Below are positions 50,301-58,100 of a stretch of DNA of 58,100 nt, in pieces. The translations under genes were made by a program, and so were the position numbers. The stretch comes from a virus (taxonomy: Duplodnaviria; Caudoviricetes): the IMG/VR virus record IMGVR_UViG_3300030433_000606, positions 1-58,100 of that record. The stretch is one strand, 5' to 3'. The stretch's first letter is position 1, and each line of letters begins with the position of its first letter. The notes beneath the pieces are model-generated. The model searched no databases. It saw only the letters and a program-made list of their open reading frames with translations, and was not told where the DNA came from.

Positions 50301-53300
50301 GAAGTTCACTATCAGAGAAGGTTTACAGAAAGGAACTCGCGCTAGAGCAAGAATAAACTTTGGTGGTATTGTTGCTGCTGGTGTACCGGGATTCGCGCCG
50401 GATGCTGGTAAGTGGGGCTTTGGCGAAGAAGGTAAAAGTAAAGGAAGGTTTCATTCAATATACGGTGGGAATCTTAGTGCTAGTGATGATTATTACAACA
50501 AATACCACCCTTATGTTCCTTCTTCAGAAGTTGATGATGGTGCAGTAGGCACTCAAACATTGTATGGATTAAAAATGGTGGACCATCGAGGCAAGTCACA
50601 CATCATTAGATATGTGTATAGACGCGCAGGGGAGTCTTTTTCGCACAAAAACTCTGTCATGCCTAAGACTATTGATGAAGAGATTATGATTCATTTCGAT
50701 GATAGAGATATAGCACAAGGTGGGTTTACGATTGGTGCAAACATGTGGGGTCAAGGACCCGCGGGTACACCTTTCTATTACACAGGTTCAGACGAAAACA
50801 ATGAATGGAAGGGTAACACATGGAGAGGTGTTCATACACCAAATGTTGGTTACGCAGTAACAATTGATACAGACACTACCGCAAAAACAGGCAGCACATA
50901 TAATAATCCTAACACTTTGATTCTTGATAATGGTTCGGGTGTTGGTTATTACAACAACGGAATATGGCACGATGTACCGGATGTTGATGATGTTCTAGGT
51001 TGGATGGGTTTCCCTAAAACTAATGGTTTGATATGGTTAGCGATTCCAAACGCACACAATCAATATGGTGATGTCGGAGTTGTCTTTAGTTACACTTGGC
51101 GAACCGCGGTTGGTCGAACAGGTCAACAAAAGTTCTTTGGTTTGGAAGGTATAGATGCTGATGATATGGATAATTGGTTTGTTGGTGCGGCATATATGGG
51201 TCCAACAAGTGTTAGCAATCAAAACGCTCCTGTGATTATTAGCCCACACTTAAATCAAACAACCATAGTAACAGACGAGTTAATTGCTGCTGCTACTGCA
51301 TACGCGTTTACTATTGACCCTAACGAAGAAGACCAATACTTTGATTGTAGCAATATGCGCGCACCGGACGGAAGAACATACGGTGAAATACTTGGTGATA
51401 ATGCTGCTACTGCGGTTAAGATAACTACATTTAACACGAAAAAAGAAGTTATTCCGTTGAAAGATTTGTTTGATGTATCTTTAAGTCGCGATTGGGGATT
51501 ACAAGCAAGCACCGCCGAAGCCACAGATGTTGATACCCCTACCGTGGGTAGTGGAGGTCAATTCGGTGGAAGACAAGGCGCATTCCAAGAATTAGACGGG
51601 TTGAACATAGACGCTGGATATTTACCATACACGCTACTAAACATATCAACTAAGTATAGAGGTGCTAATGCTAACACCGCAACACCTGTTCTAATCAACC
51701 AAGCAAATAATGTAGTCAATCTTGATAATTGGCAACAACATCTTCGCGGAGAATTATACACAAGATATGAAGGCGACCATATAACACCTGCTATTGAATC
51801 TCATACACATCGCATTCCATCACAAACAGGAGGTTCTGCTTACCCTAGTGGTACTGAATACACTACTTATCAAGTTCAAGTATATGACCCACATCACTTT
51901 GCTATTCTTGGTCGTCAACACGCGTGGCAGTTACAACATATTAGCGGAGGAACCAACCTTAACCAAGAAACGGTGGCAACTGAGTTCAATGGTGCTATTG
52001 ACGGTTCGTGGAGTGAGTTCAAAAAGATGGATATTAATGAAGATACATACTTGTATTGCGCGGCATTAACACCAATAACGAACCCAACTAACAAAGGAGA
52101 AAGATTAGTTGCTTGGCATCACGACGACAGCAAGGGTGATTTCAAAGACATTCTTGCCACCGAAGTTATAATGCAACCATTTAAGTTTGAAAATGACATT
52201 CAAGGTATTCGTTTAGCCGGTAACCACAAAGGAAACCCGATTCTATATTTTAGAGGCGCGCAAGATAGTATAGACCATCATGTACCGCTTTACTTTGGTG
52301 GTGGTTTCAGTGGTGTAGTTATGGATATTAATGACGGTTCGCGCGTTGATTATTCAACTCACAACAAACATCCTTACGCGAAAGGGCCGACAGGAAGTGC
52401 GGGGTTGCAAGATGTTGGTGAAAAGATGGGAGCATACGCGCTTCTTGACACTACTGCATTGTTTGCTATGTTCCCTGCTACTATACTTTGCAATCAACAT
52501 CGTGGAGAAGCAACACCACCATTTGCAAATCAAGATGCTATACTGAACCCCGACCTTGATGGTAACCAAGATAATCAAAACATACCGAATGCTACATACA
52601 CCAATGTTAAAACTGCTAAACCGATACCTGTAATTCTCCGTTTTGCTCACCCATACGCTAGATACACTGATTCAGAAAACAGTGTCGCGTATGTTATCTT
52701 TGGTCCGGGTCAAGCAGTTCCTAAGCATTGGAGTGGTGAAAGTGGATTAGTAACTGCTTCGACAGAACCTTCTGCTAAGTGGACCGCTGCTTGGAAAAAA
52801 TACTGTTCTCAAGATGGCGCAACAGGAAGTACATACAATCAAGGAAATGAATCGGGTTATTTCCTACCCAACGAATTAAGCAATGGTGAATTGGTTAGCG
52901 GTGCTAATCAGTTTTTACCACCAACTGACGGTTACGGCGCGAGAAATACATTCCCGTACAACGCGTTTAGACATTGGGAACCATCTTATGGTTCTCCTAA
53001 CACAGAGTTCAACCAAACTTCTTCAGTTGAAGCAAGGTATGTGTCTAGTCATTATTGGCACTACAATAGTGCAAGTAAAGACAATGCTAACAGTTACGCG
53101 CATCCATTTTCATTCTATAATGCAGCCGCAAGATTCTCTTCAGCGATAACTGATTTTTCACTAGACAAATTGATTTTCCATCTTGACGGAGGATATACTG
53201 CTGGTGGTTCTTGGTTTGATAACAGTGTACGAAAAAACCCACCACACCCTGTAACTGCTAGATTAATTGATGCTACTAACGCCACTGTTAGTTACATTGA

Positions 53301-56300
53301 CAGGCTTGGTCTAAACGCAACTATGTTCCGCGTTGGTTCGCAGGTTCTTACAGATTACGACCATGACTTAGACGCAGCAGTACCCGATGATGTGTTTTTG
53401 ATAGACGCAACCCGTTGTCAAAATAGCGAAGAGTTAGGTGCAGTCATTGCTTCTGCAATTAATACATGGCCGGGTCGTTCTAACCTAAAGGCTCTCGGTG
53501 GTTCATTTTTACCGTCGTTCCAAGACGCGCAAAGACAAGACCGTTACGGTTGGATAGACATGGGTCTGCTTACCGCGTATGATTCCACAAACGGTATTGT
53601 TTCGATAGGAACTGATTTGCCATTAACATTGCCGGAAAATGGTTGGCTTAGAGTAAGTAACGGCACTGAATCATTATACGGTTATTATTCACATTACGAT
53701 TTCAAAAAATCGTCAATCAGCGCAGTCGGAAGAAGTTTCATACTTGGTGCTAATTTCTCAACAGGAACTACTATGTTAGAAGATGCTACAACTAACGCAC
53801 AAAGAAGCGCAGTAACAGGAAGCGGTCACAAAGTGTTTGTTTGGTCTAAAGCAGGTAATCTAAGATGGGATAACGGATTCCAAAACGCAACCGATAGTAC
53901 GCGTTCAACATCAGCAATAGTGAGAGGAAGTACAACTCAAATGTCTAATGGACCATTCGACCATTTCGCGACCACACAAGTTCACTTTAGCGGTGTAGTT
54001 GATGCAATAGATAGAACACGCGCGGTTGGAGCAGTTGGTTGGCATGGTGAAAGATATTCTTATCTAAACAGTCTAACAGTTGATAGTAACAAAGTAGCAG
54101 CAGGTCTTGGACCGTGGCATCCGATGTTAGGATTTACACCATACGGGGCAGCAACTTCGTGTCATAACCCTAAATCTATTGAATGGGTTCTCAAAGAAAA
54201 CTCTAACCCCGATGGTGGAGAAGCCGAATGGATTCCAAAAACGACCACACACGACGCAATAGGATTACATCAGCGTCACTTTGTAGTCATATCTTACGAA
54301 GGTGATTTACCAATCATAGCAAAAGCAACGCGAAACGGACAACAGGCGTGTGGTGATATGCTATCTCTCAAATGGAGTAGTGGTGCTGGAACTGCACAAG
54401 GTGGTACTGTTACCGCGTATCACAATGAAAGATTCAACAATGACCGTTACAATGCGGAGTCAAACGCTGGTCCACATGTTGAAGCAATGTTTGATACAAC
54501 AATAACAACTCCTACCGATGATGATGCTAATACTAGATTGTGGACTCACGCAGCATCAACAAGTGTTGCGCAAATGGAAACTTGCTTATTCCCAACCGGC
54601 GATTTGTTTTACGATAAAACCCAAAACAAAAACAAACCTCTCTATCCAAACGACGCTATGTTTGATTCAGAAAGTCATACTTTTGAAAATGTAGGGTATA
54701 GTTCATATTCAGCACATAGAGATGGAATATACAGTTATTGGAAAACAAGAAACGCAGCACGCAACTTCTTTACTGAGCATGTTGTTTGGAAGAGAATGAG
54801 TGGTGGAAACCTTACACTACCTGCTCAAAACGCGCGTGGACTTGGTTCTATACCGTGGCAAGTACACAAGGTTGGTAGTGAATACATTAGGTTTGGAGAA
54901 ACAATATACGGTAATGTTCGATTTTCATTTGAAACAACTAACGCGGCTATGTTCCCAATTATTCAAGCGCAAGAATTAGCGCACCCTGCGTTAGCAGAAG
55001 AACATCCATACGAAATACGAAACGCTTTGATTATACCTAACGAAGAGTTGCAATTCAAAGAGATGATGGTTGTCGATGATACAGGTCAAGAACATGTCAT
55101 AGAAGGCGGGTCACCGCTTGGTGTAATTATACGCGACTATGAACTTGTGCATGACCGAGAAAATGAAGGTCTTGCACCTGCGTTAGCAGGTTCCGGTGTA
55201 TCACCTAACATGAAAATACAGTTACCAAATCACGATGAAATACCCGGTAACATACTTGTACGCGCAGGTTTTGACAGGTTACAAGCATATCAGCACGAAA
55301 CATTAGGTAGTGGTGGTTTACAACACCCTAGTCAACCTGTTAGCAATGTTGCTACCGCGTTTGAGTCTAGTGCTGATAGACCTAAGACAGAACCGTATTG
55401 GGAACAAGAAGGTTACGAACATATCAATCAGAATCCAAATAATTTCCCCGATAGTAATAACAGTCTGCAATCAAGGAACATACTAGAAACATCATATGAA
55501 CCACATGACCGCGCATTGTATTTCCATATAACCAAGATGGGTTACACACACACCGAGCGTGAACCATTACGAATTATTGGCAACACTATGACGCTTAACC
55601 AACTTACGGTTGCGTCTGTTGGTACTAACACTATCACCGCTAACACAGCCATTACTGCTGATATTTGGAAACAAGACCCGACACCGGACGGACGATACTT
55701 CTTGTCAATCAACGGTACGATTGCTTCTTTCAAGGATGTAAGTGGAAGTAATTTCACAGAAGTTGTGTTTGCACCGGATTTCAAATGGTCTGCTGGTGAC
55801 AGTATCAAACCGTCGTTCTATATCCCCGCTGGTTCAACAAGGCAGTTTGCTGCACGCCGATTGCGCGACCACGCAGAAGTAAGCGGTAACAGCCCGGACA
55901 AACCTCACACAGATTGGGTTGGTGCTAACAATAGTAAGAGTCCAGCGATTGAAGTTCGCGCGGCTAACAAACTTACACCAATGCCACTACCGCGTATGGG
56001 TCACCACTATGTTATGCCAACTATGGCTACGCTACCGGGTCATCTTGCTCACCCTCAATATCAGCAGATATACGATGTCTCCCGTTCATGTCATGGTGCT
56101 ACTGATTACGATACAGAAAAGACTATTCCAAATCCTCTTCTTTGGTTCTCCGGCCCTACCGCGCCTAACCCACCAAGTGATATTCATGGTGATGGTTTCA
56201 CACTTCTTACAGAAACCAAATTGCGATTTGACGGCTACGGTATAGCAGATGATAGCGCGTCTTGTAATGCTGCGGGAGGGCATCGCATTCAACTTGAAAG

Positions 56301-58100
56301 TGGTACTAACTACAACACACAATGGCACTTCCCCGACCCTGCGGAAGTTGGTGCATATCAGATTGTTATACAACCAAACCTGTTCAGTAAGCAATTCATG
56401 GGTAACAATGCAAACACAGTATTTACTTCAACTGATGCACCGGAAGACCCAAGTGGAACTAATACTACTAAACAAACTCTCACCGACCAAATCTTTGCTA
56501 CGGTAGTTGCACTACAAGCAGGTGACCTCATACTATCAGAAGCAACTATGGCTGATGTGCGCGGTTGTGAAATATACATCAATGAGATTATTCTTGACCT
56601 AGACCCATCAACGCGAGAACAATTTACTAACATTCCAATGTTAGGGTTAAACAACCCGTTTGGTGTCAACGCTTCATCATCCGGTGCATTTACGCGTCGC
56701 AGTATGCCGTACCACCCGAATATGTTCCATCGTTCAACTCCGGGTCACACTGTTACTGTGCCGTGGTGGAGTACCGCTTTCGCATCTTCTAGTATATTCA
56801 ACGCGGTTACTGCTCCGTGGAAAGGCACAGAAATATATCATCCCGATGACTACTACATGTTCTGTCGTTCAACACTTGGTGCGGTAGGAGTACAAACTAC
56901 TATGCTTGGTTACCCATCTCACTACCTTGATGTTTACACTGAGTATTTAGTATCACTAGAACCTACTGCGATTGTTGAACATTGGGATAGTGGAAACAGT
57001 AAACTGTATGTGCGCAACAATACATTATTCCCGCTTGTTGGTGCTAAATATTACGACCAACAACTTGTTTTGATTGATGAAGACGGTATTGAACAAACGG
57101 CAACATATACCGATAGAGGCTATATCAGTGGTGTTGGTGCAGACGGGCCGGTTGTATTCGACGGTGTAACCGCAGTAACAAGTGGGTGGTCTTCTGCTGC
57201 TACCGCAGCGGCTACCGCTAATGACACACTTCGTGTCAAAACAAAGTATAACACAATGTCATCATCAGAAATATACGCTAACTCAGAAGCAAGTGTTGCT
57301 ACTCGAAACTTACCACAGTTGTTGTCCGGTACGCGCGATACTAATTCTTTACACTTACCGGACGCTTATCTTTGTATGTGGCATTACAATCTCGGTCGCC
57401 CGATGACTTGGTTCTCTGATAGCAGAACCAACAAAGGTGACGCAGCAGCAGATTTGAAACCGTATAATCATGCACCCGAACATTATGAAATGATACACTA
57501 TCATGAGTTTAGTTATGTTATGAGTGATGGCCCATTCAAGTTCCGTATGAAATCATGGGAAGGTCCCGGTGACGGATTAACCGACACTTACCCCGATTCT
57601 AATTACACTAACCAAGCAGGTGCAGACGGTAAAACTCGCAAGTATAACTTAGGAGCATTTTGGCCGGGAGGACATCGCTTTGGTGCGCAGATGAGTTCAT
57701 TGACATCTTATGGAACTGCTGCGCCGGGATGGAGAAACAAGTGGGATGACCCTAACATCAAACAAGTTAGTGATGCAAAAGGTCTAACAGTTACAAACGC
57801 TGATGTTGAAACTATGACTGAAACAATTGCTAGTGTATCAAGCACTAAAAAACAAGCCGGTTGGGGTTACAGAGTATCAGTAAGACAACCATACAACAGA
57901 CCGCGTTGGGCTATTAAAAGCAATCAAGCGTTGCGCGACCCTCATGCATATTATCACTACCACGCTGAAGGACCATTCATCAGCAATGAAACTGTTACTA
58001 CACGCACAAACACACAGACAGATAACGGTAACACAACTCCTACTACAACAACAAACCCGTCATATGTTGGAATTATTGAAAGACAAACAAACGCTTCTGC
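44338..58100 (+). CDS. Giant tail/adhesin protein, >4,580 aa, truncated by window end, with an N-terminal LamG/ConA-like domain
   Basis: ATG 44338 (MAVIGQTSHALFFNGVSD...FTVEAWVSP...LYHISGEFNGEQVKLYING...LFIGG...YRGYIESV). The frame reads open wherever checked, and its absence from the ORF track is consistent with no stop before the end. Confidence 0.85.
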   Translation, partial: MAVIGQTSHALFFNGVSDSVVCPQGNFIQTGHKRVLNGSVARSSAPVLQDGDGHRFSNNRNQTLNRFTVEAWVSPDCGGVIASKEGLFELRMGTVNAPGVASFKVEITNGVTVIASTANNYPTAAGSFVASNVGYNIGQRELYHISGEFNGEQVKLYINGELMASQKLNKKYACSMNDKDLFIGGKGGEYRGYIESVHWKNEVSSIESRAKPFMLSTSTIGLWRFEEPVDVDDTVFKITSDVTAGDTTITIGATQCQSLYELVSGKSETLASNYTLESLGNYQVANAAHSGGAQVISVAHTPYNILINPTATDIMTGIANSSPPERVRLKAINTNGTITVDSIHLDFTVSSDTGSRGVLHSRTAFNSTNNLANDSTMVLIRSDLLIDTISGKPFQRLGTGSQAIDRTGAMIIDESPNEFHGFMYSRSMSVNSNNFDPASWTIADRFKSGHTGRHFYSHKEGHPYLRMLPPIHEQEVTRTIDGVSDDALVTFAGSYLGLKDMLPINSKVAITHTTIDAKIKKVTTSATTNGLVRNGLASHDAHRDGVIAISVDDIQPFLLKGGGVGVSSTSDSQYKKHLTPETESRVAILEVSGLTAGYVEVHYNAVDLTGGKMGLSNPALLITKTVPDGGCLLDGKRVAAHIADAVGANATIHAPGGVIVVSPEDIGNANVALKPHHLVGDNTGGIEYEEDLDESLIPSNYSPRNTGDEPNKPPQGVGTTVHPSSYHKLHLQPAERSQSDPPVNEAPKYYQESAQFASQKGGAFEMFDIIDNDKDGDSYIFIVQPSKRERTMQLSRVTPFSVDSSDPTHFTIEYIQSNVRIKSMQINDTGAGRYVVMEGKGLMSDVADQTVSYSGDGSRDSHIVKEIQPGAPVVSVTLGGPGQGAVNTKPSWDPSPLSRVGWNTRHACAVEVKEIDTTNRTITVQPLNNQGDGLSSWGAYCFPATGTVYLTNGSSAKYTSRSGTQFTFPNASGGNSPNYKVGGSFAGAFSTWVTDSRLEEGDVLLLDDEFDSSSICDDGTTVNDRLFQSISSVQHDYQLGTQYASTRALVEIPLFPQQFFEDREKGVFPGPDNSMKLHLDATLTAQAWNPSPVGRRAPNLPAKDYEAFGQYQYSLTNNDTITFSVKRFDRQGTNARLYVNEPDAVLKRCLPESEFTTSAGAVKGVIAQRARRIILGNGEWCYYSYAGGTYIDLSTTDTHYSENFFASLGGKFTISPMPDRTGFPLASDIDYPTAAQEYRRPFYYDRGSVMTQGGNLDYGLRQYVSAVEFKAGPTANPHLPRIKSKNAVLELILVDPTYSGTGQRFFFKGDLPKGHLPTNYEFAAINEATGRKYSITYTGGNRFVIVAHPILDSTAPSLSVGARLTVLGIYSKVATTLPLKLEDGIANATWNNPYCPGGLRYGDTIWMNMHYTNPHAIEGLFGKSRGVLNEYEVWKGFNGGKGELGNEARDTLPLENFLIGDTCLETARNFVQHLNKTIELNWTELGHTTSAPVVAYLDPYLSTETHARVLLYDVAHDREFIAFHDLHMQVQTSATTPTINGLDVAAGFKTQRKDKATTIGETTQAIGGVNYNIIDSEGKSQFIEGAYAHKAWYLMDESFLTTSGVATSKYNRKGRQIEHYIKFGEETDQFGQGRVSQSTVSSSAAAIRHAETMPNAESEKVIDGTFGAHQFNATFFDTPDGTRVISAFLCLKGKRATNNDLSSYTNEPQLQHLPHWTDMDFVRRLTIDMGEIGLREGVTDIQAAAKEVVRIINQGGALNGRSSQRRPSDQYAGEGERFDINRRAVSTGGADTEEPTDATAAHLHADFAVTGSTHDPASFWMDDAFTSFDRGSHMGYVRAHIGRVVEDSEGNEGFSIIIHSTVPGATGRNFCVWLDNSKGQAEYKPQFLIGHGGRFRNFFCAPPEITGENMHPAPMPIDKNGKPFAPITTLREYVALDEASDEFFTNMHLGHASNFNTTIDGEDSPNSGATTGRNSNTGAMESFEDGGQKFTIREGLQKGTRARARINFGGIVAAGVPGFAPDAGKWGFGEEGKSKGRFHSIYGGNLSASDDYYNKYHPYVPSSEVDDGAVGTQTLYGLKMVDHRGKSHIIRYVYRRAGESFSHKNSVMPKTIDEEIMIHFDDRDIAQGGFTIGANMWGQGPAGTPFYYTGSDENNEWKGNTWRGVHTPNVGYAVTIDTDTTAKTGSTYNNPNTLILDNGSGVGYYNNGIWHDVPDVDDVLGWMGFPKTNGLIWLAIPNAHNQYGDVGVVFSYTWRTAVGRTGQQKFFGLEGIDADDMDNWFVGAAYMGPTSVSNQNAPVIISPHLNQTTIVTDELIAAATAYAFTIDPNEEDQYFDCSNMRAPDGRTYGEILGDNAATAVKITTFNTKKEVIPLKDLFDVSLSRDWGLQASTAEATDVDTPTVGSGGQFGGRQGAFQELDGLNIDAGYLPYTLLNISTKYRGANANTATPVLINQANNVVNLDNWQQHLRGELYTRYEGDHITPAIESHTHRIPSQTGGSAYPSGTEYTTYQVQVYDPHHFAILGRQHAWQLQHISGGTNLNQETVATEFNGAIDGSWSEFKKMDINEDTYLYCAALTPITNPTNKGERLVAWHHDDSKGDFKDILATEVIMQPFKFENDIQGIRLAGNHKGNPILYFRGAQDSIDHHVPLYFGGGFSGVVMDINDGSRVDYSTHNKHPYAKGPTGSAGLQDVGEKMGAYALLDTTALFAMFPATILCNQHRGEATPPFANQDAILNPDLDGNQDNQNIPNATYTNVKTAKPIPVILRFAHPYARYTDSENSVAYVIFGPGQAVPKHWSGESGLVTASTEPSAKWTAAWKKYCSQDGATGSTYNQGNESGYFLPNELSNGELVSGANQFLPPTDGYGARNTFPYNAFRHWEPSYGSPNTEFNQTSSVEARYVSSHYWHYNSASKDNANSYAHPFSFYNAAARFSSAITDFSLDKLIFHLDGGYTAGGSWFDNSVRKNPPHPVTARLIDATNATVSYIDRLGLNATMFRVGSQVLTDYDHDLDAAVPDDVFLIDATRCQNSEELGAVIASAINTWPGRSNLKALGGSFLPSFQDAQRQDRYGWIDMGLLTAYDSTNGIVSIGTDLPLTLPENGWLRVSNGTESLYGYYSHYDFKKSSISAVGRSFILGANFSTGTTMLEDATTNAQRSAVTGSGHKVFVWSKAGNLRWDNGFQNATDSTRSTSAIVRGSTTQMSNGPFDHFATTQVHFSGVVDAIDRTRAVGAVGWHGERYSYLNSLTVDSNKVAAGLGPWHPMLGFTPYGAATSCHNPKSIEWVLKENSNPDGGEAEWIPKTTTHDAIGLHQRHFVVISYEGDLPIIAKATRNGQQACGDMLSLKWSSGAGTAQGGTVTAYHNERFNNDRYNAESNAGPHVEAMFDTTITTPTDDDANTRLWTHAASTSVAQMETCLFPTGDLFYDKTQNKNKPLYPNDAMFDSESHTFENVGYSSYSAHRDGIYSYWKTRNAARNFFTEHVVWKRMSGGNLTLPAQNARGLGSIPWQVHKVGSEYIRFGETIYGNVRFSFETTNAAMFPIIQAQELAHPALAEEHPYEIRNALIIPNEELQFKEMMVVDDTGQEHVIEGGSPLGVIIRDYELVHDRENEGLAPALAGSGVSPNMKIQLPNHDEIPGNILVRAGFDRLQAYQHETLGSGGLQHPSQPVSNVATAFESSADRPKTEPYWEQEGYEHINQNPNNFPDSNNSLQSRNILETSYEPHDRALYFHITKMGYTHTEREPLRIIGNTMTLNQLTVASVGTNTITANTAITADIWKQDPTPDGRYFLSINGTIASFKDVSGSNFTEVVFAPDFKWSAGDSIKPSFYIPAGSTRQFAARRLRDHAEVSGNSPDKPHTDWVGANNSKSPAIEVRAANKLTPMPLPRMGHHYVMPTMATLPGHLAHPQYQQIYDVSRSCHGATDYDTEKTIPNPLLWFSGPTAPNPPSDIHGDGFTLLTETKLRFDGYGIADDSASCNAAGGHRIQLESGTNYNTQWHFPDPAEVGAYQIVIQPNLFSKQFMGNNANTVFTSTDAPEDPSGTNTTKQTLTDQIFATVVALQAGDLILSEATMADVRGCEIYINEIILDLDPSTREQFTNIPMLGLNNPFGVNASSSGAFTRRSMPYHPNMFHRSTPGHTVTVPWWSTAFASSSIFNAVTAPWKGTEIYHPDDYYMFCRSTLGAVGVQTTMLGYPSHYLDVYTEYLVSLEPTAIVEHWDSGNSKLYVRNNTLFPLVGAKYYDQQLVLIDEDGIEQTATYTDRGYISGVGADGPVVFDGVTAVTSGWSSAATAAATANDTLRVKTKYNTMSSSEIYANSEASVATRNLPQLLSGTRDTNSLHLPDAYLCMWHYNLGRPMTWFSDSRTNKGDAAADLKPYNHAPEHYEMIHYHEFSYVMSDGPFKFRMKSWEGPGDGLTDTYPDSNYTNQAGADGKTRKYNLGAFWPGGHRFGAQMSSLTSYGTAAPGWRNKWDDPNIKQVSDAKGLTVTNADVETMTETIASVSSTKKQAGWGYRVSVRQPYNRPRWAIKSNQALRDPHAYYHYHAEGPFISNETVTTRTNTQTDNGNTTPTTTTNPSYVGIIERQTNAS

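Noticed and set aside
44683-57406. Many short ORFs on both strands in the last 14 kb
   Set aside because: All are nested in or antisense to the continuous giant ORF starting at 44338.
1-58100. tRNA, rRNA, integrase, tail sheath and replication genes
   Set aside because: None recognised by eye; intergenic gaps are too short or lack cloverleaf motifs. A tRNAscan/Infernal run would be needed to exclude small RNAs.

Overview
Morphogenesis half of a tailed dsDNA (Caudoviricetes) virus genome, most likely archaeal. GGTGA/GAGGTGA ribosome-binding sites, gene order and the style of the capsid, protease and portal suggest a marine euryarchaeal 'Magrovirus'-like virus (inference, no search run). Nearly all genes are on the + strand, in this order: a 2.2-kaa protein; an operon with an Arf/Ras-like small GTPase and membrane proteins; putative TerS; TerL; small basic and Cys-rich proteins; a wHTH-LAGLIDADG protein; portal; a 2-kaa protein with a degenerate DNA-ligase domain; prohead protease/scaffold; HK97-type major capsid protein; neck and tail tube genes; a tail chaperone with a -1 frameshift; tape measure; Dit-like protein; and a >4,500-aa tail protein that runs off the end (absent from the ORF track). 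The most notable signals are: (1) a shared leader (M-N-P-x-x-E-A-W-x-L-L-K) on at least 9 unrelated cargo-like ORFs or modules, ending in a hydrophobic-hydrophobic-K motif that also recurs in head proteins, a candidate capsid-targeting plus protease-maturation system; (2) a viral small-GTPase/membrane operon; (3) a catalytically dead ligase fold in the head module; (4) apparent avoidance of GATC, AGCT and CCWGR with CGCG enrichment.
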